NCBI GenBank assembly: GCA_965204755.1
Contig: OZ242011.1
Coordinates: forward strand, 1,344,001 to 1,408,000
Source of the DNA: Candidatus Marinacidobacterium sp.
GTDB taxonomy: Bacteria > Acidobacteriota > Vicinamibacteria > Marinacidobacterales > Marinacidobacteraceae
Direction: 5' to 3'
DNA: 64,000 bases
Part shown: one piece after another, positions 38,107-47,959 of the stretch
Layout of the letters: each line of letters opens with the position of its first letter
Numbering within the stretch: position 1 is the first letter of the stretch
Program-made: the position numbers and the translations under genes
The notes under the pieces: generated by a model
Database searches by the model: none
What the model was told of the DNA's origin: nothing
Seen by the model: only the letters and a program-made list of their open reading frames with translations

Positions 38107-39558
38107 TCAGCCGACGACCGCCTGCACCGCTTCCCGCAGTTCCTCGGACTCGCCGTCCAGCACCGTCCGGAGGTCGAGGAGCACGCGCTCCTCGTGGATG
38201 CGGCCGACCACCGGGGGCGAGCCGGCGAGCAGGGCGGAACGGACTCGGTCCGGCCCCCGGTCCCGGTGCGAGATTTCGAGGCACCGGGTGGGTTGGCGGG
38301 CGCCCGGCGCCGCGCCGCCGCCGACCGTGGACTCGGACTCCACCACGCGGATCGTCCATCCCGGACCGGGGTCGAGACCGGCGAGCAACTCCTCGGCCGC
38401 CCGGGCGATCGCCGCCACCGGCCGGGCGAGCGCCCGGACCACCGGAATCTCTTCGGCCGCCCGCCCGGCGGCGTGGCTCAGCAGCGTCGCCCGGAGCGCC
38501 GCGATCCGGGTCTTGTCGCAGCGCACCGCCCGCGCCAGCGGATTCCGCCGGCAGGCCTCCACCGCCCACCCGGCGCCCAACAGGATTCCCGCCTGCGGCC
38601 CGCCGAGCAGTTTGTCCCCGGAGAAGACCAGCAGGTCGGCCCCGCCGGCGAGCCGCTGTCCGACCGTCGGCTCTTCGTCTCCGCCGGCGACGCCGAACGC
38701 GCCCAGCGGCGACAGGTTGCCGGCGCCGTAGTCCTCGAGGAACGCCACGCGGAACTCGGCGGCCAGCGCCGCCAGCGCCTTCGATTCGACGGACTCGGTG
38801 AACCCGGTCATGCGGAAGTTGGACGGGTGGACCCGGAGCACGGCGCCGACCCGGTCTTTCTCGGCGGCCAGCGCCCGCCGGTAGTCCTCGAGGCGGGTGC
38901 GGTTCGTCGTCCCCACTTCCCGCAGCCGGGCGCCGCTCTTCTCGAGGATCTCCGGGATCCGGAACGAATCCCCGATCTCGATCAACTCGCCGCGGGACAC
39001 GACCACCCGCTTCCCCGCGGCGATCGAGTCCAGCGCGAGCAGCACGGCGGCGGCGGCGTTGTTCACCACCAGCGACTCCCGCCCCGGGAACAACTGCGCG
39101 AGGAGTCCCGTCACCCGGCTCTGCCGGCTGCCGCGGCGGCCGGTGTCCCGGTCGAACTCCAGGTCGGAGTAGCCGCTCGCCACCTCGAACATCCGGGCGG
39201 CGGCGGCCGGGGACAGCGGCGCCCGCCCCAGGTTCGTGTGGACGACCACGCCGGTGGCGTTGATGACCCGTCGCAGGTCCGGCCCGGCGGCGCGCTCGAG
39301 CCGGCGCGCGACCGCCTGCGCCAGCCACCCCTCCGGATCGCGCTCCCAGCCGGCGGGAACCGCTCCGGCGAGGATGGCGCGCCGGATCGCGGCGGTCTCG
39401 GCGCGGAGCGCGTCCCGCGCGGCCTCCCGCCCCGACGCCGCGGCCAGCGCGCGGAAGGGCTCGGTCTCGAGCAGCCTCCCCACCGCGGGGACGGCGCGGA
39501 GGGCGCCCACTGCCGACGCGGCGGCGGGAGTGGCGGGGGCGGCGGGGGCAGACGGCAT
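38107..39558 (-). CDS. selA: L-seryl-tRNA(Sec) selenium transferase
   Basis: VINATGVVVHTNLGRA, VNNAAAA, EVGTTNRT, VHPSNF, PLP motif FSGDKLLGGPQAG. Confidence 0.96.
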   Translation of the reverse strand: MPSAPAAPATPAAASAVGALRAVPAVGRLLETEPFRALAAASGREAARDALRAETAAIRRAILAGAVPAGWERDPEGWLAQAVARRLERAAGPDLRRVINATGVVVHTNLGRAPLSPAAAARMFEVASGYSDLEFDRDTGRRGSRQSRVTGLLAQLFPGRESLVVNNAAAAVLLALDSIAAGKRVVVSRGELIEIGDSFRIPEILEKSGARLREVGTTNRTRLEDYRRALAAEKDRVGAVLRVHPSNFRMTGFTESVESKALAALAAEFRVAFLEDYGAGNLSPLGAFGVAGGDEEPTVGQRLAGGADLLVFSGDKLLGGPQAGILLGAGWAVEACRRNPLARAVRCDKTRIAALRATLLSHAAGRAAEEIPVVRALARPVAAIARAAEELLAGLDPGPGWTIRVVESESTVGGGAAPGARQPTRCLEISHRDRGPDRVRSALLAGSPPVVGRIHEERVLLDLRTVLDGESEELREAVQAVVG

Positions 39559-39751
39559 CAGGGAATCGAGTCGGGATCGTCGCCGGGGATCCGCGCTCCG
39601 ATCGGTCCGCGTTCGCGTCCACCCCCCGCCGGTCGAAGCGGGGCCGACCGGCGGCCGCGGAACCGGCGGACGAACCCCCCGGCGGCGCCGGAGAATAGCC
39701 AACGACGGCCGAGCGGAAACCCGGTTTCCACCCGTTACGCTTTCCCGTTCG

Positions 39752-40015
39752 ATGCGACGGGAAGGAGCCGCCCGAGTTGGCCCCGGTGGCGGCCGGCGAA
39801 GCGCGGCCGACCCGGCGCCGGTCATCCGCGTGAACGGGCGGGAACGGCCGCTTCCGTCGCCGCCCTCCGTCGCCGGGGCGCTCGCCGCCCTCGGACTCCG
39901 CGGCCCGGTCGCGGTGGAAGTGAACGGCGCGCTGGTGCGCCGCGCCGAGCACGCCCGGACGGAGATCGCACCGGGCGACCGGCTCGAAGTAGTCACCTTC
40001 GTAGGCGGAGGCTGA
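39752..40015 (+). CDS. thiS: Sulfur carrier protein ThiS
   Basis: VAVEVNG...GDRLEVVTFVGGG C-terminus, directly before thiG; start uncertain. Confidence 0.88.
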   Translation: MRREGAARVGPGGGRRSAADPAPVIRVNGRERPLPSPPSVAGALAALGLRGPVAVEVNGALVRRAEHARTEIAPGDRLEVVTFVGGG

Positions 40016-40021
40016 CCGCCG

Positions 40022-40825
40022 ATGTCCGCTCCCGCGGGGACGCCCCCCCCGCGCGCCGACCGCCCGCTGACGCTGGCCGGGCGGACCTTCGGTTCGCGGC
40101 TCGTCCTCGGCACCGGGAAGTACCGATCCTTCGAGGAGATGCGCGACTGCCACGCCGCTTCCGGCTGCGAGATGGTCACCGTGGCGGTCCGGCGGGTGGA
40201 CCTCGAAGCGAAGGAGTCGCTGCTCGACTTCATCCCCCGCGACCGGCTCACCCTGCTCCCGAACACCGCCGACTGTTTCACCGCGAAGGAAGCCGTGCGG
40301 ACGGCCCGACTGGCGCGCGAGGCCGGGCTCTCGGAGTGGATCAAACTCGAAGTGATCGGCGACCGGAAGACCCTGTACCCGGACACCGCCGAGTTGCTCC
40401 GGGCGACCCGGGAACTGGTCGCCGACGGGTTCGTGGTGCTCCCCTACACCAGCGACGATGTGGTGGTGGCGAAGCGGCTCGAAGACGCCGGGGCGGCGGC
40501 GGTGATGCCGCTCGGCGCGCCCATCGGCTCCGGGCTGGGAATCCAGAACCGGAACAACCTCTCGCTCCTCCGGGAGGCCGTGGAGGTCCCGGTCATCGTG
40601 GACGCCGGGGTGGGGACCGCCTCCGACGCGACGGTGGCGATGGAACTGGGCGCGGACGGCGTGCTGATGAACACCGCGGTCGCCGCCGCCGACGACCCGG
40701 CGCGCATGGCGCGGGCGATGCGCCTCGCGGTCGAAGCGGGCCGCCTGGCGTTCCTCGCCGGCCGGATGCCGCGCCGCCGCTACGCCACCGCCTCTTCGCC
40801 GCCGGCGGACGCCCCGCTCGCCTGA
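40022..40825 (+). CDS. thiG: Thiazole synthase
   Basis: [39 protein letters not shown]. Confidence 0.97.
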   Translation: MSAPAGTPPPRADRPLTLAGRTFGSRLVLGTGKYRSFEEMRDCHAASGCEMVTVAVRRVDLEAKESLLDFIPRDRLTLLPNTADCFTAKEAVRTARLAREAGLSEWIKLEVIGDRKTLYPDTAELLRATRELVADGFVVLPYTSDDVVVAKRLEDAGAAAVMPLGAPIGSGLGIQNRNNLSLLREAVEVPVIVDAGVGTASDATVAMELGADGVLMNTAVAAADDPARMARAMRLAVEAGRLAFLAGRMPRRRYATASSPPADAPLA

Positions 40826-40833
40826 GCCGGGAG

Positions 40834-41694
40834 ATGCCGGGCGCCGGTTCGACGACCGGTTCTCCCCGCGCCGCCGCCGGGAGGAAGACGGCAGCGCGGG
40901 GAGCGGGCCGGGCGGGCGGCAAGACCACGAAGAAGGCCGCGCGGAAGAAGAAGACCCTGCGCCGCGCGGCCGCCCCGGCGGCGAAGCCGGCCGACAACGC
41001 GGAGGAGGCGGCGCTCCGGCGGCGCGCCGGGCGCATCACCCGGCAGTTGGCGAAGGACTACCCGGGGGCGGAGTGCGCCCTCACGCACGAGTCCGCGCTC
41101 CAACTCCTGATCGCCACGATCCTCTCCGCCCAGTGCACCGACCGGCGGGTGAACCAGGTCACCCCGGGCCTGTTCGCCCGCTACCCGGACGCCGCCGCCC
41201 TCGCCGAGTCGGACCCGGACGAGTTGGAGACCCTGATCCATTCCACCGGCTTCTTCCGCAACAAGGCGAGATCCATCCGGGGGGCCTGCCGCCGGATCAC
41301 CGAGGAGCACCGCGGCGAAGTGCCGGACACCATGGAGTCGCTCCTCGCCCTGCCCGGCGTCGCCCGGAAAACCGCGAATGTGGTGCTCGGCACTTGGTTC
41401 CGCAAGGCGGAGGGCGTGGTCGTGGACACCCATGTGTTCCGCATCTCCCACCGCCTCGGCCTCACCGCCGGGCAGAACCCGGCGCAAACGGAGCGGCGGC
41501 TCATGGAACTCCTGCCCCGCCCCGAGTGGATCGACTACAGCCACCGGGTCATCCACCACGGCCGCGCCGTCTGCCTCGCCCGCAAACCGAAGTGCCGCGA
41601 GTGCTCGCTGGAGGCGATGTGCCCGCGGCTCGGCGTCCCGGACCCCGACGCCGCCGCGCCCCCGAAACCCCGGACGCCCCGGAAACCGACATGA
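40834..41694 (+). CDS. nth: Endonuclease III with a basic Ala/Lys-rich N-terminal extension
   Basis: LIATILSAQCTD, HhH LPGVARKTANVV, VDTHV, Fe-S motif C-x6-C-x2-C-x5-C. Confidence 0.95.
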   Translation: MPGAGSTTGSPRAAAGRKTAARGAGRAGGKTTKKAARKKKTLRRAAAPAAKPADNAEEAALRRRAGRITRQLAKDYPGAECALTHESALQLLIATILSAQCTDRRVNQVTPGLFARYPDAAALAESDPDELETLIHSTGFFRNKARSIRGACRRITEEHRGEVPDTMESLLALPGVARKTANVVLGTWFRKAEGVVVDTHVFRISHRLGLTAGQNPAQTERRLMELLPRPEWIDYSHRVIHHGRAVCLARKPKCRECSLEAMCPRLGVPDPDAAAPPKPRTPRKPT

Positions 41695-42731
41695 AACTGG
41701 GACTGGAACTCGGGTTCCTCACCACGGGACAGGAGCCGCCGGTGGCGCTCGCGGAGCGGGCGGAGGCGGTCGGGTTCGACTCGGTGTGGGTTTCGGAGGC
41801 GTGGGGTTCGGACGCGGTGAGCGTGCTCGGGTATCTCGGCGCGCGGACGAAGCGGGTGGGGCTGGGGGCCGCGATCCTCCCCATCGGCTCGCGGACGCCG
41901 GCGCTGCTCGCGCAGACCGCCGCCACGCTCGACCTGCTCACCGGCGGGCGGTTCCTCCTCGGCCTCGGCGTCTCCGGGCCGCAGGTGATGGAGGGGTGGC
42001 ACGGCGCGCCCTTCGCCGACCCGGTGGGGCGCACCCGGGAAGCGGTCGAAATCGTCCGGCGCGTCCTCCGCCGCGAGGCGCCGCTGGAATTCACCGGCGA
42101 GCACCACCGGCTGCCGCTGCCCGGCGGAACCGGGCTGGGGAAGCCGCTGAAACTCATGATGGCCCCGCGCCGGGCCGACACCCCGATCCTGCTCGCCACG
42201 ATCGGCCCGAAGAACACGGAACTCGCCGCCGAAATCGCCGACGGCTGGCTGCCCATCCTCTATTCCCCGGAGCGGGCGGGCGAGGTCTTCGGCCCCGCGC
42301 TCGCCGCCGGCGCGGCGAAGCGGCGCCTACCGCACCGGCTCGAAGCCGCGCCGATGCTCGACTGCGCCCTCGGCGAGGACCTGCCCCGGCTGCGCGACCG
42401 CCTGCGGCCGGGGATCGCGCTCTATGTCGGCGGGATGGGCGCCCGGAACCGCAACTTCTACAACGACCTGGCCCGGCGCTACGGCTACGGCGCCGAGGCG
42501 GCCGGGATCCGGGCCCTCTATCTCGACGGCCGCCGGCGCGAAGCGGCGGCCGCGGTCCCCGACGCCCTGGTGGACGAGGTCTGCCTGGTGGGCCCGCCCT
42601 CCCGGATCGCCGAACGGATCGCCGCCTACCGGGAGGCGGGCGCGACCACGCTCATCGTTTCCCCTCCGGTCAACGAATCCGGCGAGACGGCGGAAGACGG
42701 CCTCGAAGTCCTCCGCCGCGCCTGCGGCTGA
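41691..42731 (+). CDS. LLM-class (probably F420-dependent) oxidoreductase
   Basis: GFDSVWVSEAWGSDA, GRFLLGLGVSGPQVMEGWHG, AEIADGW. Confidence 0.88.
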   Translation: MKLGLELGFLTTGQEPPVALAERAEAVGFDSVWVSEAWGSDAVSVLGYLGARTKRVGLGAAILPIGSRTPALLAQTAATLDLLTGGRFLLGLGVSGPQVMEGWHGAPFADPVGRTREAVEIVRRVLRREAPLEFTGEHHRLPLPGGTGLGKPLKLMMAPRRADTPILLATIGPKNTELAAEIADGWLPILYSPERAGEVFGPALAAGAAKRRLPHRLEAAPMLDCALGEDLPRLRDRLRPGIALYVGGMGARNRNFYNDLARRYGYGAEAAGIRALYLDGRRREAAAAVPDALVDEVCLVGPPSRIAERIAAYREAGATTLIVSPPVNESGETAEDGLEVLRRACG

Positions 42732-42883
42732 CTTTCCGCCCCGGCATCGGTCCTCCGCGCCGCCGTCCCCGGAGGCAGCCCAAGCCGTACAAGCACTCGG
42801 CGGGCAGAGGCGCCTAACGCGCGAACAGCGTCACCTGCTCGACGCCAGCCAACTCGAGCCGGTCGTGGCGGACCGGAGGGAGA

Positions 42884-43303
42884 TCAGGCCCCGAACCGCT
42901 CGAGCGCGACAGCGGGCGACAGAATCGGTATCCGAAAACCAGACGCCAAGGACAGTAGATCCCGGTCGCCGGTCACCAACGCATCCGCTTCGGCGGCGAC
43001 AGCGAGTTCCAAAAACGGCCGATCGGTTGGGTCACGGCAGACCGGAACCTCGGGTGGTATGGCCACAACGATCGGCTCGCTCACCTGTAGATACTCGGCA
43101 ACGAGGTCGCCGCGCTCACTTTCGCCCAATCGGAATTTCGGATAGCCGAGCGTGGCAACCAACTCGGCGATGGTGTCGGCGCTGACGACCGGAACCAGGT
43201 CGCCGGCCCGCCAGCCTTCGCGCACCCAGGCCACTTTCCCCGCAGAGAACACCAGAGCCGAGAGCACGACATTCGTGTCCAACACCAAACGGACGCTCTT
43301 CAC
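42884..43303 (-). CDS. PIN-domain putative toxin
   Basis: VLDTNVVLSAL...CRDPTD..FLELA....ADALVTGDRDLL; GTG overlaps the antitoxin stop. Confidence 0.9.
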   Translation of the reverse strand: MKSVRLVLDTNVVLSALVFSAGKVAWVREGWRAGDLVPVVSADTIAELVATLGYPKFRLGESERGDLVAEYLQVSEPIVVAIPPEVPVCRDPTDRPFLELAVAAEADALVTGDRDLLSLASGFRIPILSPAVALERFGA

Positions 43304-43527
43304 TCTTTGCGACGACGAGCCCACGCGACCGCATCGGCCACATCCGCCTCCGAGATGCCCAGCGCAGCCAGTTTCTCTTGGATCTGGTTCACCTTGAGAA
43401 CCCTCACCGGCGTCAAGAGGATCCCGTCCTTGGTCCTCTCAACATCGAAGTACTCGACCTTCGGTAGTTCGGCGATGATGGCCTTGGGCAGCGTCAACTG
43501 GTTCTTGGAAGTGAGTTTGGCAAGCAT
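43300..43527 (-). CDS. AbrB/MazE-family DNA-binding antitoxin
   Basis: MLAKLTSKNQLTLPK...ILLTP; coupled to the PIN gene. Confidence 0.88.
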   Translation of the reverse strand: MLAKLTSKNQLTLPKAIIAELPKVEYFDVERTKDGILLTPVRVLKVNQIQEKLAALGISEADVADAVAWARRRKE

Positions 43528-43567
43528 GAACTTGCGAACCTCCGGCAGCGGCAAATGAGTAAGGAAT

Positions 43568-43579
43568 CATGATATCATG
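43568..43579. promoter_or_regulatory. Perfect 12-bp palindrome upstream of the toxin-antitoxin pair (candidate operator)
   Basis: CATGATATCATG, about 40 nt upstream of the antitoxin ATG in an AT-rich patch. Confidence 0.5.
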
Positions 43580-43786
43580 GAAACCAGCATCTCCACAAGT
43601 GCCCCTGCGTTGGCGTGCGGATGAGATGGCAGACGAAGGTGCCGGAAAGGTAGTTGAGGGGGCGGAAGAGCCGCCTGGCCCAACGGGCAACGGCGCCCCG
43701 CGAACGACCGTCACGCGGCCCACCAGCTATCCAGCCCCTGTCGACGGCGTTCCTCACGACGATGACGACGAAGATCTCAGGCAATG

Positions 43787-46105
43787 TCAGGGTCGCGCAC
43801 GGCGGACCAGGGCGGCGGCGCCGTCCTCCCGGGGTGCGGTGACGACCCCGATGCGCGACGCAGGGACGCCGGCCCGGGCCAGCGCGGCGCGGAACGCTTC
43901 TTCGCGGGGCGGGGGGACGGCGGCCAGAAGGCCGCCGGCGGTCTGGGGGTCGAACAGCAACTCGTACCGCGGATGGGCGGAAGCGTCTTCCTCGACCCGG
44001 ACCGCGCGGGCGATCCGGCGGTTCTCCGGGTGGGCGGTGCTCCGGAGGCCGGAGGCGAGCAGGGGTTCCGCGCCGGGAAGCGCCGGGAGTTCCGAGACCC
44101 AAACTTCCGCCGACGCGCCGCTGGCCCGGAGCATCTCGGTCAGGTGCGAGAGCAGGCCGAAGCCGGTGATGTCGGTCGCGGCCCGGAGGCCGCAGGAGAC
44201 CGCCGCCCGAGCGGCCCGCTCGTTGGGCCCCGCCATCTGCGCCGACACCGCCTCCAGCCAGGCGCCCCGGCCCCGGCCCAACATGATCCCGCGCAGGACG
44301 ACGCCCACTCCCAGGCGTTTCGTCAGCCACAGGCCGTCGCCGGGCGCCGCCCCGTCGAGCGTCAGCAGGTGGTCGCCGATCGGGTGGCCTTCCACGGAGA
44401 ACCCGACGGTGAGTTCCGGCCCGACCGTGGTGTGGCCGCCGAGCAGCGCCACCCCCCGTTCGTCGAGCAGCGAACGCGCCCCGGCGAGCAGTTGGAAGAG
44501 GCTCTCCGCGCGCTCGTCGCGGCTCTCTTCTTCCGGCAGGCAGACGAGGGCCATCGCGTAGCGCGGCGCCGCTCCGGTGGCGAAGAGGTCCGACAGCGCG
44601 TTCGCCGCCGCCGCCCGCCCCACTAACCAGCGGTCGCCGCTGAACGCCCGGAACCAGTCCACGCTCGACACGACGGTGTCCCCGGAGGGCGTCAAGTAGG
44701 CGGCTGCGTCGTCGGGCCGGCCGAGGCCGAGGCGAACCCGGCCGGCGCCCCCGGCTGCGGCGCCCGCTCCCTCGCCGGCCCCGGCGCCCATCTCCTCCCG
44801 GAGCCGGGCGAGCGCCCGGTCGAGCGTCGTCTGTCCGGCCTTCGCCGCGCAGCCGCCGCAGAGCACGGCGTCCATCGCGGCGGTGTCCATCCGCCGTTCC
44901 ATCCGCCGGAACTCGGCGCTGGTGGCGTCCCCATCGTCGAGCGCCTGGAACTTCTCCATGAATCTCCGGTCGATCCGGTCCTTCCAGCGCATCACCCACC
45001 GACCCTCGAACGAGAGTCCCCACTTCGCTCCGAGCGCCTGACCGTCGCCGAGGTTCAGCAAGGTCAGGAAGTCCGGCTGCGGCCGGTAGCGGGTGAGCGG
45101 CCGGCCGGCCACCGCCCGGCGCAGGTTCTCGGCGAGGTAGGGCCCCTGCCGCACCGCGTACACCCCGGCCTTCGCCGTGCCCGGCCAGTCCGCGAGCGTC
45201 GCGCAGTCGCCCACCGCGAAGACCCGGTCGTCGGAGACGGTCTGCAGCGTGGGGCGGACCAGCACGAATCCCCGCTCGTCGAGCGCGAGGGTCGAATCCC
45301 GCAGGGTCTCCCGGCTGCCGGCGCCGACCGCCCACACCAGCGCGTCGGCGGGCAGCGACTCGCCGCCGCGCAGGACGACCTGCCCGGCGGCCGCTTCGGC
45401 TACTTCGGTCCCGGTGCGAACCCGGATCCCGCGCTGCTCCGCATGCCGCCGGGCGCGGCCGGCGAGCGAGCGGGGAAACCCGGGCAGGACCTCCGCCTGC
45501 GCCTGGAGCAGCGTGACCCGGAGCGGCCGCGCGGGGCCTCCGGCGTCCGCCTCCTGATCCCGCAACAGGCGCTCGCGGAGGGTGAAGGCGAGTTCGACGC
45601 CCCCGGCGCCGCCGCCGGCGACCACCACCTCGAACCGCCGCGAGCGGTCGCCGGCGAGGAAGGCGGCGGAAACGGACTCGATCTCCGCGACCAGCCGGGA
45701 GATCGGCCGGGTGGCGCAGGCGTGCTCGCGGACTCCCGGCAGGTCGAGCCCGGCGACCGTACTGCCGATATCGAACGAAACGAAGTCGTAGGCGAGCGGC
45801 GGGCGGCTCTCGAGCAGGACCCGCCGCGCCGCCGGGGCCACGCCGACCGCGGCGTCGAGCACCACCTCGGCGCCGGCCCGGCGGGCGAGCGGAACCACAT
45901 CGATTTCCAGTTCCGAGGCCCGGTACTGCCGCGCCACGAACCCCGGCGCCATCCCGGAATAGATCGCCACCGGGGTGTCCAGGACGACGGTGACCCGCGC
46001 CTCCGGCCACGGGCGCATCATCATCGCCCGGAGCACCTGGACATGGGCGTGTCCGCCGCCGACCAGCAGGACGCGCGGGGCGGCGGAAACGGCGGGGGAA
46101 GTCAT
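43787..46105 (-). CDS. selD: Selenide, water dikinase fused to an N-terminal FAD-dependent pyridine nucleotide-disulfide oxidoreductase domain
   Basis: LVGGGHAH, GGGAGGVE, VFAVGDC; then CGGCAAK, DDAA, NALSD, GGHT, TDITGFGL, DPQTAGGLL. Confidence 0.92.
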   Translation of the reverse strand: MTSPAVSAAPRVLLVGGGHAHVQVLRAMMMRPWPEARVTVVLDTPVAIYSGMAPGFVARQYRASELEIDVVPLARRAGAEVVLDAAVGVAPAARRVLLESRPPLAYDFVSFDIGSTVAGLDLPGVREHACATRPISRLVAEIESVSAAFLAGDRSRRFEVVVAGGGAGGVELAFTLRERLLRDQEADAGGPARPLRVTLLQAQAEVLPGFPRSLAGRARRHAEQRGIRVRTGTEVAEAAAGQVVLRGGESLPADALVWAVGAGSRETLRDSTLALDERGFVLVRPTLQTVSDDRVFAVGDCATLADWPGTAKAGVYAVRQGPYLAENLRRAVAGRPLTRYRPQPDFLTLLNLGDGQALGAKWGLSFEGRWVMRWKDRIDRRFMEKFQALDDGDATSAEFRRMERRMDTAAMDAVLCGGCAAKAGQTTLDRALARLREEMGAGAGEGAGAAAGGAGRVRLGLGRPDDAAAYLTPSGDTVVSSVDWFRAFSGDRWLVGRAAAANALSDLFATGAAPRYAMALVCLPEEESRDERAESLFQLLAGARSLLDERGVALLGGHTTVGPELTVGFSVEGHPIGDHLLTLDGAAPGDGLWLTKRLGVGVVLRGIMLGRGRGAWLEAVSAQMAGPNERAARAAVSCGLRAATDITGFGLLSHLTEMLRASGASAEVWVSELPALPGAEPLLASGLRSTAHPENRRIARAVRVEEDASAHPRYELLFDPQTAGGLLAAVPPPREEAFRAALARAGVPASRIGVVTAPREDGAAALVRRARP

Positions 46106-46254
46106 GCGGCGGGCCGCCGGAGTATGCGCGAACGCGCCGCTCCCGCCCGATGCTCCCCGTCGGGTTCCGGTCGGCGGAAATCGGGCGCCGCCGCCCGGTT
46201 CCGAGCGTCACCGGTCGGAGTCCTTCCGCGTCGGGTCAGCCACCCGGCGGCGCA

Positions 46255-46260
46255 TAGAAT
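46255..46260 (+). promoter_or_regulatory. Possible -10 box for the serine hydrolase operon
   Basis: TAGAAT about 90 nt upstream of ATG 46351; no clear -35. Confidence 0.35.
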
Positions 46261-46350
46261 CGGGGATTCGCCGCGCCGCGGCATCCCGCCCCCGGCGGGG
46301 CGCGGCCCCGGCAGAACCGAAGGGCGACGCGCCCCGAAGGAGCCAGCACC

Positions 46351-47958
46351 ATGCGAAACCACCCGACCACCCGCCGGAACCCCGCGCCGGCGACGCTCCG
46401 CCGACCCGCCGGGGCCGCCGCGGCGGCGCTCGCGCTCGCCCTCGCGCTCGCCCTCGCCGCCTTCGGCTGCGGCGGCGGCGCCGAAGAAGAGCCCATGGTG
46501 GAGATGACCCTCGAAGAGAGTTTGGTCGCCCGCGCCGCCGGGTTCGAACTCGACACCGAGCGCGTCCCGCCGCCGGGCGACTTCATCGAGCACGAAGCCG
46601 CCGGTTTCGCCAAAGTGCTCTGTTCCGCCGTGTTCCTGACCGGGCTCGACTTCGAGGACGCCCAGATGCAGATCGGCGGCTTCACCGCACGCTACCAGTA
46701 CCGCGACCGTCTCCCCGGACGCGAGATCGACATGGACGGACAGCGCGTCCACATCACCACCGACACCGGCGTAACCCGCACGGCCGTGCTCCACGGCGAC
46801 CAGGGCTGCGTGGCGCTCCCGAAGGGCGAAGACGCCCCCTTCTACGAGACCGTGCCGGTTGCCTCGACCGTGAACCAGAACGACCCGTGGCCGATGGGCG
46901 ACGCGCTGCCGGACGAAATGCCGCCGGACGATGTGGACGGCGCGAAACTCGAAGCCGCGGTGGACGCCGCCTTCGAAGAGGGCGCGATGACGCTCGCCTT
47001 CGTGGTGCTGCATCGGGGCCGGCTGGTCGCCGAGCGCTACCGCGAAGGCATAGACAAGGACACGCCGCTCGAGAGTTGGTCCATGAACAAGAGCCTCTCG
47101 GCGACGCTGATGGGCGTGCTCATCCAGCAAGGCGTCTATGACCTCGACGAAATCGCGCCGATCGACGCCTGGCGCGAGGACCCCACCGACATACGCAGCA
47201 CGATCCGCATCCGTGACATTCTGCAGATGTCCAGCGGCCTCCGCTGCGTGAACGCCGGCGACCCGGAATACGACGAGGCGGCGATGGGATACCCCGACCA
47301 CCTCTACCTCTACACCGGAACCGTGGATTCGCACCTCTGGGCGGCGGACCGTCCCGCGCAGTGGCCGCCGAACACGGTAGGCCGCTACCGCAACTGCGAT
47401 CCGGTGCTCACGAACCACATCGTGCGGCTCGGCGTCGAAGGCGAACTCGAGGAGAACTACCACCGGTTCCCGCAGAAGTACCTCTTCGACAAGATCGGCG
47501 CCGCGCGGTTCGTGGCGGAAGCCGACCCCTACGGCAACTTCCTGCTGAACGGTTACGGCTTCGGCGCCGGCCGCACCTGGGCGCGGCTCGGCCAGTTGTA
47601 CCTGGACGACGGCATTTCGCCGGAGGGCGAGCGCGTCCTGCCGGAAGGCTTCGCCGAGTTCGTGAGCACGGTGGCGTCGTCGTGGGAGGCGGACGGCCGT
47701 CCGATCTACGGCGGCCTCTTCTGGATCAACAACCCGCCGCGCGGCGGGACGAAGCGGTTCCCGGCGCTGCCGAACAGCGCTTACAGCATGGCCGGCGCCG
47801 GCGGGCAGAGCACGATCATCGTCCCCACGCACGAGATGGTCATCGCCCGGCTGGGCCTCTACCAGGGTTCGCTCGACGGCAGCGCGAACCGGGCGCTCCA
47901 GAACGCTCTCGGCCTGCTGATGGAGGCGATTCCCGCCGCTTCCACGGACGGCGACTGA
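46351..47958 (+). CDS. Beta-lactamase-family (SxxK) serine hydrolase lipoprotein
   Basis: Lipobox AAFGC, SWSMNKS, LQMSSGL, ARLGQLYL, AGAGGQ. Confidence 0.85.
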   Translation: MRNHPTTRRNPAPATLRRPAGAAAAALALALALALAAFGCGGGAEEEPMVEMTLEESLVARAAGFELDTERVPPPGDFIEHEAAGFAKVLCSAVFLTGLDFEDAQMQIGGFTARYQYRDRLPGREIDMDGQRVHITTDTGVTRTAVLHGDQGCVALPKGEDAPFYETVPVASTVNQNDPWPMGDALPDEMPPDDVDGAKLEAAVDAAFEEGAMTLAFVVLHRGRLVAERYREGIDKDTPLESWSMNKSLSATLMGVLIQQGVYDLDEIAPIDAWREDPTDIRSTIRIRDILQMSSGLRCVNAGDPEYDEAAMGYPDHLYLYTGTVDSHLWAADRPAQWPPNTVGRYRNCDPVLTNHIVRLGVEGELEENYHRFPQKYLFDKIGAARFVAEADPYGNFLLNGYGFGAGRTWARLGQLYLDDGISPEGERVLPEGFAEFVSTVASSWEADGRPIYGGLFWINNPPRGGTKRFPALPNSAYSMAGAGGQSTIIVPTHEMVIARLGLYQGSLDGSANRALQNALGLLMEAIPAASTDGD

Positions 47959-47959
47959 G

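Noticed and set aside
39559-39751. TPP riboswitch upstream of thiS-thiG
   Set aside because: The conserved CTGAGA and ACCTGAT cores were not found.
37774-41694. 1306-aa ORF suggesting a giant Nth fusion, and similar apparent fusions at 48496-50313, 55155-59411 and 22323-24428
   Set aside because: The upstream parts overlap real genes in other frames or strands; only the 3' portions are coding.
42720-42830. Selenocysteine read-through of the LLM oxidoreductase stop (ACG-TGA), given selA and selD nearby
   Set aside because: The domain is complete at the stop, the downstream frame is not protein-like, and no convincing SECIS hairpin is present.
42812-42883. GCCTAAC as an integron attC core beside the toxin-antitoxin pair
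   Set aside because: No complementary GTTRRRY box, no inverted-repeat arms and no integrase.
43575-43786. Small minus-strand ORF of about 70 aa ending HLWRCWFP after selD
   Set aside because: No clear start or RBS and no motif; it overlaps the toxin-antitoxin promoter region.
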